In this document: positions 38,486 through 47,196 of the stretch, in pieces
How positions within the stretch are numbered: position 1 is the first letter of the stretch
Layout of the letters: every line of letters begins with the position of its first letter
Source: a virus
Lineage: Duplodnaviria > Caudoviricetes
Direction: 5' to 3' (one strand)
Length of the DNA stretch: 53,181 nucleotides
IMG/VR virus record: IMGVR_UViG_3300005573_001133
Location: 1 to 53,181 of that record
The notes under the pieces: generated by a model
Seen by the model: the letters and a program-made list of their open reading frames with translations, nothing else
Database searches by the model: none
Told to the model about the DNA's origin: nothing
Position numbers and translations under genes: made by a program

Positions 38486-39476
38486 GCTTATCCAACCGCT
38501 CCTAAACCTCTCGGGAACTACTATCCCGAAGGTTTATCGCTCGAAAATTGAGCGGGAACGTTATTACTTCGCTTACATTGATAACCAATTCGTGCGATTC
38601 CCTTCTGTTACCACTATCTTGCAGCACGTTATGCCAATGGAGACGTGGCTTATACAATGGATTGCACGCTGGGGCTACGAACGGGCGATGGAACGCCGTC
38701 AGCAAGCTGCTCATTATGGGACGCTTTTCTCAATCTGCGTGGCTGATTTCCTGAAAAAAGGTGAATTTAATCTAGACACTCTCGAAATTTACATCGATAA
38801 TTATCGCTTCGCAAACAAGATTGACTTCCCAACAGACTTTTGGGAAACTCGGCTCCGTGAAGACCTTTTCGCTTTGCACGAATTTCTCTGCGATTATCAA
38901 TTTGAACCTTTGTTTGCTGAACTTCCCCTTATCTCGAAACAATACAAATTCGCTGGAACAATCGACGCAATTGGTCTTCTCACGATTGGCTCAGGACAAA
39001 ATGGAAAAATCTTGCAGCGTGACATTAAAAAAGATAAAGATGGGAATGTTGTTGAAAATAAAACCCGCAGAGTGCTTGCGATTCTGGACTGGAAATCAGG
39101 AAAACACGGTTTTTACAAAAGCCACGAAGCACAATTGCATATGTATCGCCTTTTAGTTGAGGAAAATTTTCCACAACTTGTGCAAGATTATGATGTTCGA
39201 CTATTCAACTGGGCTCCGAAGGATTGGGACGAAGAAGAGGACCTGAAATACTACCTCAAAGACCAAACAGAAAGTAAAGAGAAAGAGAAAATTCAAAACT
39301 ATCTCGCAATTTTCAATATTGACCATAAAGACATCGAGCCTAAGATTAAAATCATATCTGGCACACTTACGCTTAACCAAAAGAACGGTAATCTTCGCAT
39401 TGTTCCTTACTCGGAAATACTTGCAGAAAGAAAACTTCCTGAACCATCCAAGATTGAAACAATTTTCGAGGGTTAA
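38472..39476 (+). CDS. PD-(D/E)XK exonuclease (phage recombination type)
   Basis: PSVTTIL, GT, FAGTIDA, ILDWKSG and QLHMY motifs. Confidence 0.85.
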   Translation: MNNFELIQPLLNLSGTTIPKVYRSKIERERYYFAYIDNQFVRFPSVTTILQHVMPMETWLIQWIARWGYERAMERRQQAAHYGTLFSICVADFLKKGEFNLDTLEIYIDNYRFANKIDFPTDFWETRLREDLFALHEFLCDYQFEPLFAELPLISKQYKFAGTIDAIGLLTIGSGQNGKILQRDIKKDKDGNVVENKTRRVLAILDWKSGKHGFYKSHEAQLHMYRLLVEENFPQLVQDYDVRLFNWAPKDWDEEEDLKYYLKDQTESKEKEKIQNYLAIFNIDHKDIEPKIKIISGTLTLNQKNGNLRIVPYSEILAERKLPEPSKIETIFEG

Positions 39477-39599
39477 AATGTTCGAGCGAAACAACTATAA
39501 AAACAACAGAGCCCTTCCGAATTACTCTCGGAAGGGCTCCAAGCCGCCACGAAATCAAAATAAAACAAATACAAAATTAATAAAAATGAGGGTAAAAAT

Positions 39600-39887
39600 A
39601 TGGAATATATCATAATTAAAAATTCCGACCTTGCCTCACCTTTTCGCTACCGGGATTTGGAAAAATTTTTTGAAAATGACCCAGATTTAAAGGAATGGCT
39701 TATTAGATGGGGTGTATTACCCAGTAAATATAATCCTGAGAATATAATCCCGGGTGAACTCTGCATCTTTGAAGATGGCGAAATTTACCTTTGGGACTCG
39801 AAAAATGAATGTATGGTTGATACCCCACCGCTTGGTTATGGTTCCTTTGAGGAATTTGCAGAAATTTATGAATCATTGGAGGTTTGA
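39600..39887 (+). CDS. Hypothetical protein, paralog of the N-terminal domain of 50076-50504
   Basis: Shared PE.IIPG.LCI.E.G.IY.WD...VDTPP motif. Confidence 0.7.
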   Translation: MEYIIIKNSDLASPFRYRDLEKFFENDPDLKEWLIRWGVLPSKYNPENIIPGELCIFEDGEIYLWDSKNECMVDTPPLGYGSFEEFAEIYESLEV

Positions 39888-40099
39888 TAATGAAATCAAC
39901 CGACATTCTTCCTACTGAAACTTTACAATTCTTACTCAAAGCTATCGATTTGCTTATCGAAATTCTCGATACTAACCACCAACGACATTCGAGCGTGAAA
40001 AATTATGGCTATCTTCTTACTCTTAAACAAATTAAAGCAAATTTTTCTGAAATTATTTCAAATTATTTGGAGGTTAAAAATGGGACTCGGAAAAATTGA
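39884..40099 (+). CDS. Hypothetical protein
   Basis: GGAGG RBS; coupled ORF. Confidence 0.55.
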   Translation: MIMKSTDILPTETLQFLLKAIDLLIEILDTNHQRHSSVKNYGYLLTLKQIKANFSEIISNYLEVKNGTRKN

Positions 40100-40601
40100 T
40101 TCTCAAAGATTTCATTATGTTTCTTTTGATAACGAAAATGGAAAATTCGAGTATCAAAACGAATTTTTTGATTATATCGAGGGTGAATTCCTCGGCGTTG
40201 GCTCTCACGAATTTACTTTTAAAAATCGCTCACAAAAGAAATTTGATATCTTTCTTTTCGATGAAGGAAAAATCTTTCAAGTTCAATTCGGCTTTTATAC
40301 TTGGCTTACTTATCGCTTAATGAATCAGCTTCTTAATATCTCTAAAAAGAACACTCGTATTCGCATAATCTTGCAAAAAGACCCTGACGGTAACCAAAAG
40401 GTTTTTGTTAGGGAAAATGGCACATTCTTGAAATGGAAACATAAGGAGCTAAATAAAAAACTGAAAGAACTTCCACCTGCAAAAAAAGAGGAGAACCGCA
40501 ACAAAATTATCGAAACTTGGTTCGAGACTATGCTTCTGAATTTCCCGTTCGACCCGGATACAATATCAGCTCCTGAAATCGAAGAAGATATGCCATTCTA
40601 A
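40080..40601 (+). CDS. Putative single-stranded DNA-binding protein
   Basis: Aromatic beta-rich body and acidic EEDMPF tail; upstream of the primase. Confidence 0.6.
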   Translation: MGLGKIDSQRFHYVSFDNENGKFEYQNEFFDYIEGEFLGVGSHEFTFKNRSQKKFDIFLFDEGKIFQVQFGFYTWLTYRLMNQLLNISKKNTRIRIILQKDPDGNQKVFVRENGTFLKWKHKELNKKLKELPPAKKEENRNKIIETWFETMLLNFPFDPDTISAPEIEEDMPF

Positions 40602-40622
40602 ATTTTTCGCAGGGGGGAAATT

Positions 40623-42764
40623 ATGGATAAGAACCAAATTTTAGACCTTTACCGCAAGACAAAACTAAATTTGTTTCCCGCTAGTGGAAAAGCCCCGGTC
40701 TCATCTTGGCGAAAATATCAGAATATTAAAATCACAGAACCTGAACTTGATACTCTACTTTCCCTGAAAAACCTGAAACGAGAAATAACTGGCATCGGAA
40801 TAATCTGTGGGGGCACGGATAATATTGAATGCCTTGACCTTGATAATAAAGGGAATATGGCATCGAAAATTCTCGAAAAACTCCGAAAACTTACCACGAA
40901 GGAATTTTGGGATTCACTTTACATTGAATCTACACCCTCCGGAGGTTACCATATAATTTACTCTTGCGAAAAAATCTCTGGTAATACGATTCTTGCCCGA
41001 AATAAAAACAATGAGACTATCGCCGAGACACGGGGCATTGGTGGGTTCGTTGTTATCGCTCCCACACCGGGGTATACCCCAATACAGGGCACGCTCGAAA
41101 AAATCCCCAGAATTTCCCCCCACGAGCGTGCCCTTCTTTTTTCTATTTGCTCTTCTTTCGATGCGAATTTCTCTCTCTCTACTCGCACTCGACCGGGAGA
41201 TGAGTTCAACCAAAAAGCAAATATCGAGGATATTCTTATTCCTTTGGGTTGGAAAAAAACTGGGGGGAATAGTTTTGTTGAATATTGGCTCCGCCCGGGA
41301 AAAGAATATGCACCTAGCTCCTGCTCTGCTACTTGGAACCCTCACTTGCGAAAATTTTATGTCTTTTCAACTAATGTCCCTGAACTGAAAGAAAATCAAG
41401 CTTATGACCTTTTTGGCCTCTTTACTCACTTATATCATCACGGGGATTTCCAAAAGGCTACAAAGGAGCTGCTAAAACTTGGCTATGGCACTAACGGTCA
41501 CGAAGAAAAAGTTATAGCAAAACAAAAGGAGGCTTTTGAGATTGCAGTCGACTTTTTAAAATCAAAAGCATCCTTCCGCCGAAACCTGGTCACTGGCTTG
41601 ATAGAGTTTAAAACTGATGAGGATTGGGATAACTTACGAGACCAACATCTTGATGCTTGGTGGACTGAATTTAAACTGCAAGGTCATAGGGTTCCTTACG
41701 AATATTTTAGTAAAATTATTTCAGGACAACTCGCAACTGATTACCACCCCTTCCGAGAATATTTTTACTCTTTGCCACCTTGGGATGGCTTCGATTATAT
41801 TCAAGAATACCTCGATTGCTTTGAAACAGAAATCCCGGAACAATTCGCTAATCTTTTTAAAAAATGGGTCGTCGGCGTTGTTGCAAATGCCCTTGAAAAA
41901 GATTTAAATCAGCACTGCTTAACTCTTGTGGGCCCACAAGGTATCGGTAAAACTTCAATGCTGCGTCTTCTTTGCCCTCCTTCACTTTCTAAATATTATG
42001 CTGAAACTTCTATCCCTTCCACAGCCGATAAGGATTCGTTGCTCTTAGTTGCTGAAAATATTCTTATCAATCTGGACGAGATGGAAACTTCTACAAATGA
42101 GGAAATTGGTTTCCTCAAATCGCTCATTACTCGAAAAGATATTAAAATCCGTCGACCTTATGCTCGATATGCAGAGGTTCTGCCTCGACACGCTTCTTTT
42201 ATGGGTAGCTTAAACCGAAACCTTTTCCTAAATGACCCAACAGGAAGTCGACGCTTTTTTGTTATCCCAATTAAGTCGATTTCTTTCCCGAGTAATTTTT
42301 CTGCCGACGGTCTTATGGCTCAGGCTTACAAAATGTTTCAGGAAGGGCATAGCTTTAAACTCTCACCGGAAGAAATTGAGGAAATAACTGATTACAATGA
42401 GAATTTCACCTTACCTTCGATTGAACTAGAATTGGTTCAAAAATATTTTGAACCTGTTGAGATACCAGAAAATTGGACTCCAAGAGATATTCAAGCTGTT
42501 GCTTGGGCAAAGGGTTGGGTTTTGATGACCGCTACTGAAATTTTTCAAGAATTAACAGAAGCCGCTAGCAAAATTAAACTTAGCTTACGAATGCTTGGGT
42601 TAAATCTACAAAAATTCAATGCTAAACAGATTTTAATCTGGGATAATGGAGCTAAAAAAAGAGTTTATGTCCTTAAACGCAAATCTAATTCTCCAAATTC
42701 CTCCACTGTTGTTCAACCTAAACCTACAAAGGAAGAGGAAGAAGATGAAGAAATGCCGTTTTGA
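40623..42764 (+). CDS. Bifunctional primase-polymerase fused to a VirE/VapE-like helicase
   Basis: GIGIICG, CLDLD, TPSGGYH and ETRG.GG prim-pol motifs; GPQGIGKT, INLDE, RRPY and DPTGSRRF helicase motifs. Confidence 0.9.
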   Translation: MDKNQILDLYRKTKLNLFPASGKAPVSSWRKYQNIKITEPELDTLLSLKNLKREITGIGIICGGTDNIECLDLDNKGNMASKILEKLRKLTTKEFWDSLYIESTPSGGYHIIYSCEKISGNTILARNKNNETIAETRGIGGFVVIAPTPGYTPIQGTLEKIPRISPHERALLFSICSSFDANFSLSTRTRPGDEFNQKANIEDILIPLGWKKTGGNSFVEYWLRPGKEYAPSSCSATWNPHLRKFYVFSTNVPELKENQAYDLFGLFTHLYHHGDFQKATKELLKLGYGTNGHEEKVIAKQKEAFEIAVDFLKSKASFRRNLVTGLIEFKTDEDWDNLRDQHLDAWWTEFKLQGHRVPYEYFSKIISGQLATDYHPFREYFYSLPPWDGFDYIQEYLDCFETEIPEQFANLFKKWVVGVVANALEKDLNQHCLTLVGPQGIGKTSMLRLLCPPSLSKYYAETSIPSTADKDSLLLVAENILINLDEMETSTNEEIGFLKSLITRKDIKIRRPYARYAEVLPRHASFMGSLNRNLFLNDPTGSRRFFVIPIKSISFPSNFSADGLMAQAYKMFQEGHSFKLSPEEIEEITDYNENFTLPSIELELVQKYFEPVEIPENWTPRDIQAVAWAKGWVLMTATEIFQELTEAASKIKLSLRMLGLNLQKFNAKQILIWDNGAKKRVYVLKRKSNSPNSSTVVQPKPTKEEEEDEEMPF

Positions 42765-42767
42765 TTT

Positions 42768-43056
42768 TTGGAACAGATAAAAGGTTGGAACAGATATGGA
42801 ACAGATATGGAACAGAAGGAAAAATTTTATAAATATTTTAAAAATCAAGGATTTACCGAATTTTGGAACAGGAACAGATAATTTTGCCTATAGAGGACGT
42901 ATTTTACTCCCCATTATACCCCATATTATTCCTTATATATATTTTTTCTCTTCTTTTTTTTATAATATCTGTTCCATACTGTTCCATATACCTTTGTTCC
43001 GCTATACATCAGCGGAACAGAACGGAACAGATATTCGGAACACATCGGAACGGAGA
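42768..43056. repeat. Putative replication origin with GGAACAG(ATA) iterons in both orientations
   Basis: Non-coding gap after the primase with about a dozen GGAACA/TGTTCC copies around an AT-rich core. Confidence 0.75.
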
Positions 43057-43062
43057 TGATTT

Positions 43063-44313
43063 ATGCTTTGGGAACATCAAATAGAATTAGCACGGCAAGC
43101 CTTTGAGATACTTCGGGATAAACACATTGTTTACCTCGTAATGGAGATGCGGGTAGGCAAAACCCTTATCGCATTAGAAACAGCAAGATTGATTGGGGTA
43201 AGAAAAATTTTATTCGTCACAAAAAAGAAAGCCCTCCCCTCTGTGCTAATGGATTACCAGAGGGAAGGCTACGCCAAACACTTCCAGCTGGATGTGACTA
43301 ACTACGAGCAAACACACAAATTTCGTTCTGGCTACGATTTAGTAGTCATAGACGAAGCACATCTCATTGGAGGCTTCCCAAAGCCTACACTCCGAGCGAA
43401 ACGCTTAAAACGAATCGTGCAAGATGCATACCTTATTCTCATTTCTGGGACGCCGACACCCGAGAGCTACTCTCAAATTTTCCATCAGTTTTGGATTTCC
43501 GACTTCTCACCATTTCCACATAAGAATTTTTATCGCTGGGCTGATGAGTATGTAAAAGTCTACACTATGCAGCTCAACGGCGTCTCCGTGCGGAAGTATG
43601 AGAAAGCAGACGAAGCGAAAATCCAAGCCGTCATATCCCCCTACCTTGTAAGCTATACACGAAAGCAGGCGGGTTTCGAGGTGACCGATGTTGACGAACA
43701 AATCCTCGAAGTTCCTATGCAAGAGAAGACCTATCGCTTTGTGAAGGAACTATTACGCAATCGAATTTTTAAATTCCCTGACGGCGAGGTCGTTCGAGTG
43801 GATAATCCAAGTAAAATGCTCTGGAAAGTGCATCAAGTATATTCAGGAACAATTATTTGCGAGAGCGGAAGCAGAAAGATTATTGATACCTCGAAAGCAA
43901 AAGCAATTTGGCGTTGGTTTTATGGGCGAAAAATTGCAATTTTCTACAAATATATTTCTGAATTCGAGTTACTCACCAAAGTTTTCCCCAATTACACCAC
44001 CGACCCACAAGTTTTTGCTCGTAGTTCCAATGCCATTTTGCTTTTGCAGGTTGCTTCGGGTTCGATGGGGATTGACCTTTCCAGTGCAGAAGCAATTGTT
44101 TTTTACAACATCGACTTTTCCGCAACAAACTATTGGCAAGCACGAAGCAGACTTTTCCATAAAGATAGAAAAAGCGAGGCAAAAGTATATTGGGTTTTTG
44201 CACAAAACGGGATAGAGAAAAAAATTTATTCCGTTGTGCAAAAAAAGAAAGATTACACAGCTCGATATTTTCAGAAAGATTTTATGTTCAACAAAGTCAA
44301 GGATTTAAAATGA
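43063..44313 (+). CDS. SNF2-like (SF2) helicase
   Basis: MRVGKT, IDEAH, SGTP, GIDL and QARSR motifs. Confidence 0.87.
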   Translation: MLWEHQIELARQAFEILRDKHIVYLVMEMRVGKTLIALETARLIGVRKILFVTKKKALPSVLMDYQREGYAKHFQLDVTNYEQTHKFRSGYDLVVIDEAHLIGGFPKPTLRAKRLKRIVQDAYLILISGTPTPESYSQIFHQFWISDFSPFPHKNFYRWADEYVKVYTMQLNGVSVRKYEKADEAKIQAVISPYLVSYTRKQAGFEVTDVDEQILEVPMQEKTYRFVKELLRNRIFKFPDGEVVRVDNPSKMLWKVHQVYSGTIICESGSRKIIDTSKAKAIWRWFYGRKIAIFYKYISEFELLTKVFPNYTTDPQVFARSSNAILLLQVASGSMGIDLSSAEAIVFYNIDFSATNYWQARSRLFHKDRKSEAKVYWVFAQNGIEKKIYSVVQKKKDYTARYFQKDFMFNKVKDLK

Positions 44314-45074
44314 GAGGACTACTTGAAACTTATTACGACATTCAGCGAGTTCGGATTGCCCTTAACAATCAGCTCTTTGCAAAAAATAGCGGGCTTTCCG
44401 AACAGACGCAAGTGCATCTCAAAGAAAAAGTTCTGCACTTTTTGCTTCAAAGCGAAAGGAATTTGCAGAGCTTTATGAAAATTTCGCTGCGTTATGAACC
44501 AATCTGGAAAGAGTGGCTCAAAGATGTCAAAGGGATTGGACCCGTTTTAGGTTCGGTGTTAATATCTTACCTCGAACCAATCGAGCGTTTTCCCACAATC
44601 TCCAAGCTTTGGCGATATTCAGGATATGCTTGCATTAATGGGAAAATTGAGAGACGGCAAAAAGGTGAGAAGCTGCACTATAATCCACGCCTAAAAACAT
44701 TACTTTGGCTTTTAGGTGAAAGTTTTGTTAAATCGAAGGGGTTCTATCGTGAGTTATACGAACAGATGCGAGCGAAATATGATGCCAAATGGAAAACCCC
44801 AGACGATTGCGGGAGTGCAGCTTGCAAGCGTTTCGGGAAATGCCTTGATGCACATCGCTATGCAGCAGCAAAGCGAAAAGTTGTAAAAACATTTCTTGCG
44901 CATTACTGGATGGTTTCTCGACAGCTCAAAGGCTTATCAGTCGAGAAGCCATACATTTTGCAATATTCCGATAAGCATACGCATTTAATTCCACCGCCCG
45001 GATTTGATATCAAATTTGATTATGGGCGTCCAGAATTACCACCAGAATTAGAAAGGTTAATCGAAGCAATATGA
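44310..45074 (+). CDS. tasA: TasA-like Nop-domain protein (IS110-related RNA-binding domain, no nuclease domain)
   Basis: YYDIQRVRIALNNQ coiled coil, WLKDVKGIGPVL, RFPTISKLWRYSG, YNPRLKT, YRELY and H..AKRKVVKTFL motifs; no N-terminal DEDD/RuvC domain; followed by a 36-nt array. Confidence 0.82.
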   Translation: MRGLLETYYDIQRVRIALNNQLFAKNSGLSEQTQVHLKEKVLHFLLQSERNLQSFMKISLRYEPIWKEWLKDVKGIGPVLGSVLISYLEPIERFPTISKLWRYSGYACINGKIERRQKGEKLHYNPRLKTLLWLLGESFVKSKGFYRELYEQMRAKYDAKWKTPDDCGSAACKRFGKCLDAHRYAAAKRKVVKTFLAHYWMVSRQLKGLSVEKPYILQYSDKHTHLIPPPGFDIKFDYGRPELPPELERLIEAI

Positions 45075-45081
45075 TGCGTTT

Positions 45082-45514
45082 AGCCACTTTGAGCATTGTA
45101 ACTAATGGATTTGTGCGAGGCACCTTTTTTATGGTTCCCATATGGAAACTTCGAGCTATTTTAGTCCAGTTGTTCAAGAAATGTGTGCGAGGCAGATTAG
45201 GTGTGTTATCCATTTATCGCATTCGAGCCAGGCGGGAGATGGTTCTTATAATCAGTTTTCGAGGCAGGTTTTACATGTTCCCTATCAAAATTTTTCGAGC
45301 CAGACTAAATTCTCTAAACAAAAAACATATGCGAGCCATAGACCATATGATTTACTTTGCATTATTGCGAGCTTTAAGCAGTATTCTGTTTATGATTTGT
45401 TTGCGAGGCTGTCGAACAATGTTCCCTATTCCATCTTTTCGAGGCATACGAGGGATGTTCCCTATTAAATTTTTTCGAGCCAGACCAGAACTTATATTCA
45501 CAGGCGGTCTTGCG
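45082..45514 (+). ncRNA. TIGR-like dual-repeat guide array, 12 units of 36 nt
   Basis: CGAG recurs every 36 nt from 45116 to 45476; unit = AG(C/G)(C/T)(A/T) + 9 nt + 9-nt loop (e.g. TGTTCCCTA x3, TGGTTCCCA) + 9 nt + T(G/T)CG. Confidence 0.88.
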
Positions 45515-45515
45515 T

Positions 45516-45610
45516 TTCAACCCTCCGGGGTTGAAGATAGTCATTAATAAGTTAAACTTATAAGTTTAATGCGTTTTGGAGCCGAAGACCGCATATCTTC
45601 GGCTCCTTTG
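45516..45610 (+). terminator. Hairpin cluster ending the array
   Basis: TTCAACCC-tccg-GGGTTGAA (45516-45535), palindrome TTAAACTTATAAGTTTAA (45552-45569), GGAGCCGAAGA-7nt-TCTTCGGCTCC followed by TTTG (45578-45610). Confidence 0.65.
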
Positions 45611-45648
45611 TATTATTTTAGTATGTGTTACAAATCAACAATTCTCAA

Positions 45649-45954
45649 ATGCGAGAGAGCGACATACAGCGAAAAATTTTAAAATACCTTGAATCACAGG
45701 GGGGATATGCAGTCAAGGTAGTGGTAGCAAATCGAAGTGGAGTTCCGGATATCTTATATTGTCTTGATGGGGAGTTCTGGGCTTTTGAGGTGAAAAGCCC
45801 GAAAGGTAAACAATCGCCTTTGCAGGCTTGGAACCAAGAGCAAATTGAAAAAGCTGGGGGGAAATATTTTGTAATATGCAGCATCGAGGAAGTAAAACAA
45901 ATTTTGGGTGAATATGCCAAAAGAAAAGGAAATCTTCAACCAACTCCAAATTGA
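45649..45954 (+). CDS. VRR-NUC domain nuclease (Holliday junction resolvase-like)
   Basis: ESDIQ..GVPDI..FEVKSPKGKQSPLQ motif. Confidence 0.9.
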   Translation: MRESDIQRKILKYLESQGGYAVKVVVANRSGVPDILYCLDGEFWAFEVKSPKGKQSPLQAWNQEQIEKAGGKYFVICSIEEVKQILGEYAKRKGNLQPTPN

Positions 45955-46189
45955 TGACCTCACAGATGATACCCGAGAGGTAGCAGAACGAATAGGTATT
46001 GAAAATTTCAGGAAATTGGTGCAGGAATTTGGAGGCACCAATCTTTATATCCCTTTCTTGCGTTCCTTCCCGAAATTTTTATCTCGCATTATTCCACAGT
46101 TATTAACGAATGGATATTCAATCCGTCAAGTCTCGCAACTTCTTAATGTTTCGCAAAATACTGTCAGGAGGTATAGTGGAGGAAATTAA
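45914..46189 (+). CDS. Mor/C-family transcription activator
   Basis: AERIGIENFRKLVQEFGGTNLYIP plus a C-terminal HTH. Confidence 0.85.
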   Translation: MPKEKEIFNQLQIDDLTDDTREVAERIGIENFRKLVQEFGGTNLYIPFLRSFPKFLSRIIPQLLTNGYSIRQVSQLLNVSQNTVRRYSGGN

Positions 46190-46802
46190 GGCAATTTCGT
46201 ATCTATTGCCCTCTGAAATGCGGAGTGCAAAAGGTGAAGAAGCAGGAACTTGTATTCTCTGTGGTGTTGAAACAGAAGAAGGTTTCCCGGTGGAATTTTC
46301 GAGCACTTTTACAGCATTTTCTTATCTTGCATATGGCAACGTTTTGTGTCCATCGTGCAATGCATTTTTCAGAAACCAAGACTTTCGACGACGCAGTTGG
46401 AAAATTACGCCCAGTGGAGTTGAGTTTTTAAAAAGAGAGCAGGTTTTGGAATTTCTTACAACAGAAGAGAAGCCAATTCCTTTTGCGGTATACATTACTT
46501 CCACTGGGCAGAAGCAAGGATGGTTACAGGGTTTTCGTTATGTAAGTTTCTCGAAGCAAAAGTTTTTCATTCATACCGACTTTGTGGGCTGTATTTTAGC
46601 GGAATACAAGCAAGTTGTTGAATTTGCTGAACTAATCAAGTTTTTGCGGGAAAGAAAAGTCTCCAAAACAGAACTTACGAGCGGTGAATTTTCAATGTAT
46701 ACTTATCGACGCAGCATAGAGAACAATTTCGAGTTAGAACTTCGCAAAGCAAAAGAGTTTGTTTCACAACCTTTATGGGAGGTTATGGTATATGTCTGCT
46801 GA
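46176..46802 (+). CDS. csf1: Type IV Csf1 (Cas8-like large subunit)
   Basis: GGAGG RBS with GTG start; CILC..FT...CPSC Zn finger, PFAVYI..GQK motif; first gene of the csf operon. Confidence 0.75.
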   Translation: MEEIKAISYLLPSEMRSAKGEEAGTCILCGVETEEGFPVEFSSTFTAFSYLAYGNVLCPSCNAFFRNQDFRRRSWKITPSGVEFLKREQVLEFLTTEEKPIPFAVYITSTGQKQGWLQGFRYVSFSKQKFFIHTDFVGCILAEYKQVVEFAELIKFLRERKVSKTELTSGEFSMYTYRRSIENNFELELRKAKEFVSQPLWEVMVYVC

Positions 46803-47196
46803 TTATAACGAATTAGAGCAAAAGCTTGTAGATTTTCTTGCTATTCTCTATTCACGAATTAATTGGGGGAAGATGCATACTTCCAAGAATGCACACGATA
46901 TTTTTAACCATCGAGTTCGAGCGGCAGCACGGCGAGAGAATCTGTATGCTTTTGCATCGAAACTATGCAATTATTTCGGGTTACAAAGTTTACCCGAGGA
47001 AGCGCAAGTTGTTTTAGACGAAATTCGACCGCATCAGTATTGGATTTTAAATACACTTTCGACCGAGCATATACCTTTTTGTGTGCGTGCGATTATGAAA
47101 GCAAAACAGATTAAGAGTGAGCGTTTACAAGAAAAGAAAAAGATTGAAAATGTGGAAAATTCTTTGTTTAACAAATTAGAGGTTCAAAATGATTAA
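46792..47196 (+). CDS. Type IV-B small subunit (Cas11-like)
   Basis: Small helical protein between csf1 and csf2 (RVRAAA..FASKLC). Confidence 0.65.
   Translation: MSADYNELEQKLVDFLAILYSRINWGKMHTSKNAHDIFNHRVRAAARRENLYAFASKLCNYFGLQSLPEEAQVVLDEIRPHQYWILNTLSTEHIPFCVRAIMKAKQIKSERLQEKKKIENVENSLFNKLEVQND

Noticed and set aside
38472-39476. Cas4 adaptation nuclease
   Set aside because: No Fe-S cysteine cluster; ordinary phage exonuclease context
42796-43084. ORFs of 87 and 73 aa
   Set aside because: They are translations of the iteron repeats in the origin region
44310-45074. IS110 transposase/insertion sequence
   Set aside because: No N-terminal DEDD RuvC domain and only 254 aa; the adjacent 36-nt array fits a Tas protein better
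45082-45514. Canonical CRISPR array for the type IV system
   Set aside because: Constant parts are only about 9 nt and alternate with 9-nt variable parts; there are no 25-40-nt repeats
45082-45514. Guide targets inside this window
   Set aside because: A non-exhaustive check by eye found only partial matches of about 12-13 of 18 nt (near 146 and 51263), which is expected by chance; needs a computed search
45071-45547. Functional 158-aa protein
   Set aside because: Its 12-aa periodicity comes from the RNA array; kept only as a possible translated-array observation
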